DNA of 64,000 nt from positions 32,001 to 96,000 of IMG/VR virus record IMGVR_UViG_3300045988_120248; one strand, 5' to 3'. Under the pieces are notes generated by a model that did not search any database, was not told where the DNA came from, and saw only the letters and a program-made list of their open reading frames with translations. The translations under genes were made by a program, and so were the position numbers. Positions 54,793 through 62,490 of the stretch are shown here, piece after piece. How positions within the stretch are numbered: position 1 is the stretch's first letter; each line of letters begins with the position of its first letter. This DNA comes from a virus.

Positions 54793-55059
54793 ATGGAGTG
54801 GAGCAAAAAAATCTTAATTTTCTCATACCTGATGCTGGGCGTCTTCATAATCATCTTTTTGGCTGTTGAAGACAAAACAGCTGCTGCAACCGTTCTTTGC
54901 GGTTGGATTGTAGAATGCGGTGGTGCTACTGCGTTCTACTTTTGGAAAGCAAAGAACGAAAACCGGAGCAAGTACGCATTAAAATTCGTCCGGGAACTGG
55001 CCGACAAGTACGGCCTCGACGCAACGGCACGAATTATTGAGTCAGTCCTTAAAGACTGA
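54793..55059 (+). CDS. Holin-like membrane protein
   Basis: Two hydrophobic helices (ILIFSYLMLGVFIIIFLAV; VLCGWIVECGGATAFYFW) and a basic region. Confidence 0.5.
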   Translation: MEWSKKILIFSYLMLGVFIIIFLAVEDKTAAATVLCGWIVECGGATAFYFWKAKNENRSKYALKFVRELADKYGLDATARIIESVLKD

Positions 55060-55073
55060 GAAAGGAAACTATT

Positions 55074-55295
55074 ATGAACAACAACTGGTGGCAAACTGTC
55101 GTCGAAAACTTATTCAAGGTTAAATCTCTCGTTACAATCTTGCTTACCACAGCATTCGTCGTAATGGCGCTCAAGGGTGGAGTGGAACCGAAAGATTTCT
55201 ATTCTATCATCGTTATGGTACTCACGTTCTACTTTGGATACCAAAGCGCAAAGAGCGAAGACAAGAACAACCCAAAACACGATGACCAAGAATAA
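55074..55295 (+). CDS. Holin
   Basis: 73 aa with two TM helices (LVTILLTTAFVVMAL; FYSIIVMVLTFYFGY) and a charged C-terminus, directly upstream of the endolysin. Confidence 0.6.
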   Translation: MNNNWWQTVVENLFKVKSLVTILLTTAFVVMALKGGVEPKDFYSIIVMVLTFYFGYQSAKSEDKNNPKHDDQE

Positions 55296-55328
55296 TCGCT
55301 GCATCCGTATGGAAGGAGGAACGTTAAA

Positions 55329-56846
55329 ATGACGATTCAGGATGCACAAAAGAAACTTATCTCCGTAGCAGAGGCCGAAGAAGGGTATTTGGAAAAAGCT
55401 TCGAATGCGAAGCTTGATGATAAGACGGCGAATGCCGGCTGGAACAATTACACAAAATACGCCCGCGATCATGCGAAATGGGGGACGTATCATGCTCCAA
55501 AACAAGGACTTGCTTGGTGTGATATGTTTGTTGACTGGTGCTTCATCACGGCGTTTGGATTCGACATTGGCATGAAAATGACATGTCAACCGAAGGGCGC
55601 GTATGGTGCAGGATGTACGGAATCGTACAACTACTACCGGTCTGCCGGCCAATCTGTCACTCTCGCGAATGTGCAGCCGGGCGATCAGATTTTTTTCGGA
55701 AATCTCGGAAACATGACACATACCGGGCTTGTGTACAAGGTGGATAGCACGAAAATCTATACCATCGAAGGAAACACAGGAGCTGGAAGCAATGTCGTGA
55801 TTGCGAATGGCGGGGGAGTATTCAAGAAGTGGTATTTCCGCAATTCTTCGGCTATCGGCGGCGTTGGAAGGCCCAAATGGGAACTCGTCACAAATATTCC
55901 GCAGAGCGTGACACCATCGTCAAAACCGGAATCTACGTCTGTGACCTACGCAGAGTTCCAAGGTGGAATTTTTGCAGAAATCCCATTCTCCTGCATTGAC
56001 CACATCGAACACGTCAAAATGAGCGATGCAAGGGGCGAGACGACGGGTAGCGTAGCGATTCGCGCACAATGGAATGGCCGGTATCCGGACATCGTTATCA
56101 ACGCCGAGCTGTTCAACTACGGAAAATACACGCCGGCCTCTGGTGTCAAGCACAAGGGAACCATGGAATATCAGGGGTGGCAACCGTTCATTGGCTTCAA
56201 GGATTTCAAAACACCCATTCATGAACCGCGTGGAGCCGTCACATCACCCGATGCCTTAGGGGGCTACCCAGCTATAGTCCAGAACGGAACGAAGGAGTTC
56301 ACGGTTCCCAAGGGTTTGGAGGGCAACAAGTACCGGACTGCAATGGGCCTGAGAGGAAAGACGCTCGGCATCATAGTCACGGAAAAGCCCGTCCCGATGG
56401 ATGTTGTTGCGAACAAGTTCGTCACGGAGAAGTACGATTTTGCAATCAACCTTGACGGCGGATCGTCCAGCAGCTACGTCACCCCTTCAAAAGTGTGGGC
56501 GCGTCCGAACAAACTGCGCGGGTTCGTGGCAATTTGGCTGAAAGGCGGAAGCGGGAACTATCTGAGCAAACGGCAGTACGGGACGAACCCGATTCAATCT
56601 AAGCCTGTAAAGTCTGAAGGCTGGACTGAACCAGATAAGTCGGCGTCAAAAGGTGTGAGGTTTAAAGTCACGGCAAGCGAATTGAACCTTCGCGCCGCTG
56701 CGTCGACCAGCAGTGAAATCCGATTTGTCCTGAAGTTTGGCGAAATAGTCACCTGGTACGGATACCAGACAAAAAACTGGTATTACGTGAAGACGGCTTC
56801 GGGCAAAGAAGGATATGTAAGCAAACGGTACGTCAAAAGGACGTGA
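55329..56846 (+). CDS. Modular endolysin: CHAP/NlpC-P60-type amidase/peptidase, phosphodiester-glycosidase-like domain and SH3b
   Basis: WCDMFVDWC (catalytic Cys) and MTHTGLVY (His), then a central FAINLDGGSSS block. C-terminal LNLRAAASTSSEIRFVLKFGEIVTWYGYQTKNWYYVKTASGKEGYVSKRYV is an SH3b domain. Confidence 0.8.
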   Translation: MTIQDAQKKLISVAEAEEGYLEKASNAKLDDKTANAGWNNYTKYARDHAKWGTYHAPKQGLAWCDMFVDWCFITAFGFDIGMKMTCQPKGAYGAGCTESYNYYRSAGQSVTLANVQPGDQIFFGNLGNMTHTGLVYKVDSTKIYTIEGNTGAGSNVVIANGGGVFKKWYFRNSSAIGGVGRPKWELVTNIPQSVTPSSKPESTSVTYAEFQGGIFAEIPFSCIDHIEHVKMSDARGETTGSVAIRAQWNGRYPDIVINAELFNYGKYTPASGVKHKGTMEYQGWQPFIGFKDFKTPIHEPRGAVTSPDALGGYPAIVQNGTKEFTVPKGLEGNKYRTAMGLRGKTLGIIVTEKPVPMDVVANKFVTEKYDFAINLDGGSSSSYVTPSKVWARPNKLRGFVAIWLKGGSGNYLSKRQYGTNPIQSKPVKSEGWTEPDKSASKGVRFKVTASELNLRAAASTSSEIRFVLKFGEIVTWYGYQTKNWYYVKTASGKEGYVSKRYVKRT

Positions 56847-56864
56847 CGAAGGAGGGGAGCTGCA

Positions 56865-57674
56865 ATGGATGAAAATCAGGACATGAAACGATTTGCAGAT
56901 CGGTTGTGGGAATACTTCAAGCCGAGAATTGAAGAACTCACAAGGTCTGGAATCTGGTATTTTCGCGCACAGGTCACAAAAGAAGCTGAGAACGGGAAAA
57001 TCACTGTGCAGCGTCCGTTTGATGGTGAAATTGCGCTCCCTTATGTATCGAGCATGGCAAATGCAGCTGCTGGAAGTCAGGTCACTGTGTTTGTGCTCGG
57101 CTCCAGCATGACCAACGCAGTTATTTGTGGCAACGGCTCGTTGAGTATCCTCGGCGGTACGCCGAATTCGGGCGGCGGAGGCGGCGATCCGGCAAACGCC
57201 GTTCTATACACTGCACAAATACTGAATTCTTCACAGCAGGCACAAGCCAGAACCAACATCGGTGCTGGTACAAGCTCATTCAGCGGCGCATATTCCGATC
57301 TGCGCGGTGCTCCTGACATTCCGACGAAGACCAGCGAGCTGAAAAATGACAGCGGGTTTGTCACTGCATCGGCAATCCCAGCCCCATATACGCTGCCCGT
57401 TGCGTCGGCAAACGTCCTTGGCGGTATAAAGGTTGGCGCTGGATTAACAATCAGCCAGCAAGGAACCCTGTCAGCAACCGGAAGCGGCGGTGTGGCGGAT
57501 TCAGTCGAGTGGGAAAATGTGCTTGATACACCTACGACTGTAGAAGGATATGGGATAAAAGACGCAATGAAAAAAATCCCTGTTACCGCAGATGATGACG
57601 GGAAGTTTATGCGTGTAGCCAATGGACAATGGGCAGCAGCCGATGTTGCCAACGCAAACGGAGAGAGTTTCTGA
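56865..57674 (+). CDS. Fibre-like protein encoded after the lysis cassette
   Basis: Contains QQAQARTNIGAG, ASANVLGGIKVG and the C-terminus DDGKFMRVANGQWAAADVANANGESF, which is shared with the 35640 product. Confidence 0.5.
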   Translation: MDENQDMKRFADRLWEYFKPRIEELTRSGIWYFRAQVTKEAENGKITVQRPFDGEIALPYVSSMANAAAGSQVTVFVLGSSMTNAVICGNGSLSILGGTPNSGGGGGDPANAVLYTAQILNSSQQAQARTNIGAGTSSFSGAYSDLRGAPDIPTKTSELKNDSGFVTASAIPAPYTLPVASANVLGGIKVGAGLTISQQGTLSATGSGGVADSVEWENVLDTPTTVEGYGIKDAMKKIPVTADDDGKFMRVANGQWAAADVANANGESF

Positions 57675-57681
57675 ACAAAAG

Positions 57682-57717
57682 AGAACCGGGGGATAATTGA
57701 ATCCCTCGGTTCTTTGT
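57682..57717. terminator. Bidirectional intrinsic terminator between convergent blocks
   Basis: AGAACCGGGGGA (57682-57693) pairs with TCCCTCGGTTCT (57702-57713): 12 bp with one G-U pair. It is A-rich upstream, with TTTGT downstream. Confidence 0.65.
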
Positions 57718-57720
57718 ATG

Positions 57721-58020
57721 TTAGTCGTGCCCCTCATCAAAATACATGATGCCGTCTTCACCTGAATCAAAGATTATTCTGTATCCCATATAGACGATTT
57801 CTTTTTGGTGATCCCAGTCTGTGCCACATGGTGTACCAAACAAACCATGATTTTCTTCAAGCCACCGGAGTGTGTTTGGCGTTGTGTGAATTGGGCCGAT
57901 GGGGTTTCCGCCGCATAGCTGACAAAGCACCTCAGCGACAGCATACGTTGGTGTCATTGGGGTTCCGTTTCCTATTACCAGAATCTGCCCGTTTGGCTTC
58001 GCGACAAAAGTTTTTCTCAT
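57721..58020 (-). CDS. Hypothetical protein
   Basis: ORF track. I prefer ATG 58020, preceded by a G7 run (C7 on the plus strand, 58027-58033) acting as the Shine-Dalgarno. Confidence 0.4.
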   Translation of the reverse strand: MRKTFVAKPNGQILVIGNGTPMTPTYAVAEVLCQLCGGNPIGPIHTTPNTLRWLEENHGLFGTPCGTDWDHQKEIVYMGYRIIFDSGEDGIMYFDEGHD

Positions 58021-58039
58021 TGCAATCCCCCCCACAATC

Positions 58040-58240
58040 TCAGTTTGCGCAGTCTTCCTCCGAAAGCAAGACGGTATAGAATCGGTCTTCTGGAAGCTTT
58101 AACACCGCTGCGTCCACGCTTTCTGCCTCGACAGTAATGAACTCAGCACCTTTTTCCCAGTACATCACATGGAATGTATAGCGCTTGTTGATTACGTTCG
58201 TGCGGAGTTTTCCGTCCATACACTCACTCCTTCCAAACAT
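58040..58240 (-). CDS. Hypothetical protein
   Basis: ORF track, 66 aa. Confidence 0.35.
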   Translation of the reverse strand: MFGRSECMDGKLRTNVINKRYTFHVMYWEKGAEFITVEAESVDAAVLKLPEDRFYTVLLSEEDCAN

Positions 58241-58568
58241 TTGCGACCGTGAAAGTCATGCGCAGCCGGCAGTTGACATCCGCGAACGTTACCATATCGG
58301 CCATCTTGTACATTTCGGAAATGCGATTGCGGATGCTGTCATTGAGAATACTGACTGGAAGAGGGAAGTCAACGTAGACGAACGTATTCTGCTCACGCAG
58401 TCCCAAATTATCCGCGTGCCACGGGGTACGCATTGCCTTGGAAATCGCTGCCGCGTGTTCCTTGAGTTTGCTGTATACCTCGACCTTCTCAGGAACCATC
58501 TCGGTCCCACGGAATGCCTCGTTCTTCGCTGCCATCGCAGCCACCATATCCTGAATATCCATTGCCAT
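58224..58568 (-). CDS. Hypothetical protein
   Basis: ORF track, 114 aa, with AGGAGG upstream. Confidence 0.4.
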   Translation of the reverse strand: MAMDIQDMVAAMAAKNEAFRGTEMVPEKVEVYSKLKEHAAAISKAMRTPWHADNLGLREQNTFVYVDFPLPVSILNDSIRNRISEMYKMADMVTFADVNCRLRMTFTVANVWKE

Positions 58569-58653
58569 TGTGTTTGCCTCCTATAATTTTTGATGTGCCC
58601 GTGAGGGCTTACAATTTTGATTCTACCGGAAAATCAGATTTGTCCCGCGTGGA

Positions 58654-59157
58654 TTAAAATATATTTCGCGGACGTGCTTTTTCTATGTCCAACAAATGAT
58701 CTGTAGCTTCCGCAACCCAAAGCACATCTTCTGATTCCAGAATCCTATTTAGTGCATCATGCGCCGCTGATTTCTTGAGGGAAATAAATATGTTATCATC
58801 TTCGGTTTCAGTTGAAATCCTTGCTAGATTCTCAGCGGCTTTCCCTGAAATGCCAAGTGTAGCAGCTGCAACTTGAATGTTTTGCTCAACGCTTTCAATG
58901 TTTGTTACACCTAGCAGCCAGTCCGTAGATACGCTGAAGTATTCTGCGATTTTTGCGATATTCTCCCAACTGGGCTGTCCAGAACCGTCACAGTATGCAG
59001 ATACAGACTGCCTTGCCTTCAGACCGAGATAATCCGCTAATTCTTGCTGAGATACAGTTCTGTTGATTTTCCCTGCGTCCCCACGCATGAGTCTACGAAG
59101 ACGGTTGGGGAATGGCTTGTAATAGTTGTCTGTGTAATTGAGTTTTTTGCGCGGCAT
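58654..59157 (-). CDS. XRE-family HTH protein with C-terminal extension
   Basis: VSQQELADYLGLKARQSVSAYCDGSGQPSWENIAKIAEYFSVSTDWLLG. The ATG lies 1 nt after the upstream TAA. Confidence 0.75.
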   Translation of the reverse strand: MPRKKLNYTDNYYKPFPNRLRRLMRGDAGKINRTVSQQELADYLGLKARQSVSAYCDGSGQPSWENIAKIAEYFSVSTDWLLGVTNIESVEQNIQVAAATLGISGKAAENLARISTETEDDNIFISLKKSAAHDALNRILESEDVLWVAEATDHLLDIEKARPRNIF

Positions 59158-59158
59158 A

Positions 59159-60247
59159 TTATATACCCCTCATTTCCCGCACATTCTGTGCCACGATTTT
59201 TACTGCGTCATCAATGATTTTGATATCTCGTTCGAGGTTCAGCCCGTAGTTATTGCCCATATCATTTGCATTCGGGTCGAGTTTGTAATCGAAGCTGAAC
59301 CGGATGGCCGACCGGGCGCGTTCCTCAGAATACCCCGAAGCGAGAAGCACACGGGATGGCGCGTTATCACCGCTGGAACACGCTGCGCCGGATGAAACCA
59401 TCAGACCGTCAGCCGAAAGCCGCAGGACGAGCGCATGGTTCTCAATTCCGGGGAAAGAAATGTTTGCGATATATGGAGACTGTCCAAACTGATGGCCAAA
59501 GCATTCCAAACCGTTTAGCTGCGCATCTGGTAGTTCATTCATAATACCATCGATCAAGTGGTTATGCAACACCCTCGTTGTTTCTGCGAACCAGTCCAGA
59601 TGATTTGTGCGGAATTCCAATGCGACAACAAACGCAGCGGCAAGCGGAGCGGATGGCGTTGCAAAATGGAAGTTCTCTGTGACTTCATCCGGATTTCGTG
59701 CAATTAACACACCGATTCCAATCGGAGCACCGAATTTATGACCCGCGCCGCATATGAAATCTATTCCGCTTTCACGGAAATTGATTTCCTGTTTCCCCAT
59801 GGCTGCGGTGCAGTCGGAGAATGTCAAGTCATACCCCGCAAAAGCGCTTTTCAAATCATAAATTTCACCGGTTTCGTTGTTTGTGTGGATATGAGATATA
59901 CCGCGCAGTTTGTTTCCAATACGGCTTATTGGCATCATGCGGTCTGTAATGCTTGTCACTGCTGCGTGCTCCGCACTGCTCGCAGAAATACCCTTGCATT
60001 TGTCATTCATAATCGTGAGCGCAATCCTGCACGCTTCCGTTGCGGACGAAACGAAGAAAACTTGGTCCGGCTCACAGCCCAAGCACAGCGCTACGCCCTT
60101 GCGGGATGCTTCAAATGCCTTTCTGGTAGCTTGCCCAAAGGAATGTATAGAATTCGGGTTCCCCCATACCGGCACCTGCGCCCCTACGAATGTTCCCATC
60201 GCGCCCTTAAGCGGGGGAGAAGTAGCCGCGTAATCCAAGTAAATCAT
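59159..60247 (-). CDS. Class V aminotransferase / cysteine desulfurase (NifS/IscS-like), short form
   Basis: MIYLDYAATSPP N-terminus, PLP-lysine block GAGHKFGAPIGIG and catalytic-loop SSGAACSSG. Confidence 0.75.
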   Translation of the reverse strand: MIYLDYAATSPPLKGAMGTFVGAQVPVWGNPNSIHSFGQATRKAFEASRKGVALCLGCEPDQVFFVSSATEACRIALTIMNDKCKGISASSAEHAAVTSITDRMMPISRIGNKLRGISHIHTNNETGEIYDLKSAFAGYDLTFSDCTAAMGKQEINFRESGIDFICGAGHKFGAPIGIGVLIARNPDEVTENFHFATPSAPLAAAFVVALEFRTNHLDWFAETTRVLHNHLIDGIMNELPDAQLNGLECFGHQFGQSPYIANISFPGIENHALVLRLSADGLMVSSGAACSSGDNAPSRVLLASGYSEERARSAIRFSFDYKLDPNANDMGNNYGLNLERDIKIIDDAVKIVAQNVREMRGI

Positions 60248-60789
60248 GCGCCCAACTCAACCTCCTTCGGCCAACGCGGCAACGCAGCGGCACAGATTTT
60301 TTCGTAAATTTCTTTCTGTGCAAGCAGCGTATCGCGTTCCTTCTGAATCACACGATATGCGTCTTCTAATCCGAATGGCTCGTTGAGTGGAACACGGATC
60401 TTTTCTGACTCTGACGCTTGAGAGGCAGTTACAATGCCAGTAGGGGGGGCGTTAAGCCCCAAGGAGACGATAACCGCTTGGTCAACAAGTTTCATTTCAT
60501 CGGATGTCAACGTGCAATAGTAGTTCTCCAGACGATCCTTATCGACCGTGTAGATTGCTTCGCAAAGCGCGGTCGACTGCTTGCCCATCGTATCAATGGA
60601 AACGTGCGTGGGCATTGGCTTTTTCTCGGCAGTCGTGAGATAAACAATCTCTACAGTGCCGGAATATGTATTGTTTTTTTCATTACTGACAATAATCGCG
60701 GGGCGATTCTTTTTTTGCTCGGAACCGACAGCAGCATAGTCCTGACGAACCCAGAAAATGTCGCCCCGATGGATTCTTATATCCTGCAT
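60244..60789 (-). CDS. MazF/PemK-family endoribonuclease toxin with a C-terminal extension of about 65 aa
   Basis: IHRGDIFWV...VGSEQKKNRPAIIVSN...PTHVSI...AIYTVDKDRL...SDEMKLVDQAVIVSLGL parallels B. subtilis EndoA/MazF block by block. The stop overlaps the next start by 4 nt. Confidence 0.8.
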   Translation of the reverse strand: MQDIRIHRGDIFWVRQDYAAVGSEQKKNRPAIIVSNEKNNTYSGTVEIVYLTTAEKKPMPTHVSIDTMGKQSTALCEAIYTVDKDRLENYYCTLTSDEMKLVDQAVIVSLGLNAPPTGIVTASQASESEKIRVPLNEPFGLEDAYRVIQKERDTLLAQKEIYEKICAAALPRWPKEVELGA

Positions 60790-60846
60790 AGAAGTGTATC
60801 CTTTCTGTATTTTTCAATATGTATAGGGGCTGTGAAGCCCCATGAA

Positions 60847-61122
60847 TTACTTTGCAACTGCGTTTTTCAGAATGCTGCTCGGCGAGAATTTGACCGAAAA
60901 ACGGGCTGGAACCTTGATGTTTTCACCGGTCTTCGGGTTCCGCGCATCTCTGGCCTTCTGGTACTTCGCAGCAAACTTGCCGAAGCCAGCGATAGAGACA
61001 TCTTCATGCGAAATGAGGGATTCTCCAATCGCTTCAAACACGGCATCGATGGCTTCCTGGCTGGCGGTCTTCGGCATATTAGTCTTGCTGGCAACTGCCT
61101 GAACGAGTTCTTCTTTGTTCAT
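60847..61122 (-). CDS. hup: HU-family DNA-binding protein
   Basis: MNKEELVQAVASKT...AIDAVFEAI...ISIAGFGKF...RNPKTGENIKVPA. The hairpin GGGGCTTCACAGCCCC follows the stop. Confidence 0.9.
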   Translation of the reverse strand: MNKEELVQAVASKTNMPKTASQEAIDAVFEAIGESLISHEDVSIAGFGKFAAKYQKARDARNPKTGENIKVPARFSVKFSPSSILKNAVAK

Positions 61123-61149
61123 GTGTAATCCTCCTTTCTCAAGAGTAAA

Positions 61150-61225
61150 TGGTGGGCCGTCTCGGAGTCGAACCGAGATTTTACCAGTTATGAGCTGGTC
61201 GCTCTAGCCTTTGAGATAACGGCCC
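61150..61225 (-). tRNA. tRNA with CAU anticodon (elongator Met or Ile2/lysidine type), CCA encoded
   Basis: Hand-folded. Acceptor GGGCCGU/ACGGCCC; anticodon arm ACCAG-CUCAUAA-CUGGU; T arm CUCGG-UUCGACU-CCGAG; ACCA end. The D stem is weak (3 bp), and no initiator features are present. Confidence 0.8.
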
Positions 61226-62009
61226 ATCTATAACCGGCTTGACGTACCGGCCGTGAGGTCTTGCGCGCAGACCAACGGCAAATTCAGGCGGTTGCACACC
61301 GGCGCTTGTGTGTCAACAGTCCTTAAAGCGTCCCCAAAGGTGCTGCCTAGTTTGGCGGATTTCAGTTCGCCCAAAGCGTTACGAAATTGTGCGGATTCAT
61401 CCGGTTCGACCACTAGTGAGTCTTTCCCGGCAAGCTGAACGGAACTTTCCAAAATGGACTTGTGCCGTCTCTACGAAGGTCTATATCCGCTTGACCTTTA
61501 CCTTTTCGGACCGAAACGCGCAAACGGCTTTTACTGCGCTGTCGGCACAAGTGTTACCTTGCCCCGGTGGGTTTTCACCACTATATTCTGTTAGTTTCGG
61601 TAGCCCACGCATCAAGCGTAGGGGATATGATGGCTGTTCATCAAACTCCATTTAACTCAGTCAAGCACCAACCTCCAACTTATTGGCCAATGCTTATCTG
61701 CTGCACCATCATTTTTTGAGCGATTAGGTACAAGCAATCGCTCGAACTTGGCTTCTTGGGTTCTCCCCGTCGTTGGACGGGCGGATTTGCCATCTCCGGA
61801 AAGGCTTCCGCATTGCCATTGCAGCGTAGCCATTATCCCGCTTTCGACCCATATAGCTGCATTTTGCCTCGTTCTCCTTGGACGCTGTGGGTCAGCGTCT
61901 TTAGCCGGTGGCGCTACGCTCCACGATCACGCTATTGCGTGCGTGAATGGATAGCTGTATGATTCCCACCATGTTAATTTGTCGCGCGGAGAACCCCAAC
62001 GGGCGGCTA
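61226..62009 (-). ncRNA. Candidate large structured non-coding RNA filling the gap between two tRNAs (identity unknown)
   Basis: 784 nt with no convincing ORF on either strand, abutting a same-strand tRNA at each end. It holds several perfect local stems. Strand is inferred from the tRNAs. Confidence 0.3.
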
Positions 62010-62086
62010 TGGCAGGGGTAGCAGGATTTGAACCTACGAATATGGGAGTCAAAGTCCCATGCCTTAGACCGCTTGGCGATACCCCT
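62010..62086 (-). tRNA. tRNA-Gln (UUG), CCA encoded
   Basis: Hand-folded. Acceptor AGGGGUA/UACCCCU; anticodon arm UGGGA-CUUUGAC-UCCCA; T arm GUAGG-UUCAAAU-CCUGC; GCCA end. Confidence 0.8.
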
Positions 62087-62239
62087 TTGTTGCCGGCCTT
62101 TCCCGGCTGTCAGAGTGCTTACATTCCCGAAGAACTCGTCCGTGGTATCGGCTATATCAACCCGACGACACCGCTGCCAGATGCGGAGGTTTCATTCCAA
62201 CTACGGTTTAACGAGTAACAACCTCGTATGTTGGTGGGC

Positions 62240-62269
62240 ATGGTGGATGCGGCGAGGATTTGAACCCCG
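62240..62269 (-). other. Orphan tRNA 3' half (T arm + acceptor strand + CCA) without a 5' partner
   Basis: The minus strand reads GCGGGGUUCAAAUCCUCGC-CGCAUCC-A-CCA. No GGAUGCG-type 5' strand or cloverleaf lies within 100 nt upstream. It may be an old att-site remnant. Confidence 0.3.
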
Positions 62270-62308
62270 CACGGTGCAGGCAGTATGCGACGAGCTTTGT
62301 TCCCGTCC

Positions 62309-62490
62309 GAGGTGGCTGCTTCAACCCCATTGACACTTCCCGTGGAAAAACAGGGGATTCTCGGTTCAGCGACCGTTGCGCCGTAGTTGCGTCTTACATG
62401 GTCTCCACGAGCGTATAGGTTCGGGCGTGTCCCGCCCTACCGTATGTTTAGGCTAGGCCAGTAGGCGCATTCCTTCGTGCAAAATGTTCT
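62309..62490 (-). ncRNA. Predicted omega-RNA of TnpB-2 (scaffold 62329-about 62490, guide 62309-62328)
   Basis: Homologous to the copy-1 scaffold. The right end finishes GTGTCAA (TCAA = 62329-62332 on the minus strand). The guide would be UGGGGUUGAAGCAGCCACCU. Confidence 0.45.

Noticed and set aside
61308-61655. 115-aa plus-strand ORF (and the 61-74-aa ORFs) inside the inter-tRNA region
   Set aside because: They are Arg/Cys/Ser-rich with no RBS and lie antisense to the tRNA transcription direction. Several mutually overlapping ORFs of similar quality are typical of non-coding G+C-rich sequence.
61226-62009. RNase P RNA, tmRNA or SRP RNA identity for the inter-tRNA stretch
   Set aside because: - RNase P: I looked for GAGGAAAGUCC and ACAGAA..GGCUUA but found only GGAAAGUUCC and GCCGGUUAU in the wrong order and spacing.
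- tmRNA: there is no GGGG...UUCGAC 5' end, no tag-peptide ORF ending in a stop and no tRNA-like 3' end.
- SRP RNA: the GGAAGCAGC domain IV box is absent.
57700-62240. Placing the right prophage end (attR)
   Set aside because: The attL side lies outside the window, so no direct repeat can be matched. The minus-strand block could be phage cargo or host DNA, and I leave the boundary undetermined.
62240-62328. Full-length tRNA (Leu/Sec-like with a long variable arm) upstream of the second IS
   Set aside because: - Only the T arm, the 3' acceptor strand and CCA are canonical.
- The best 5' strand (GGAAGUG) belongs to the IS right end and pairs with a mismatch.
- The best anticodon loop has A at position 33.
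- I therefore call it an orphan 3' half only.
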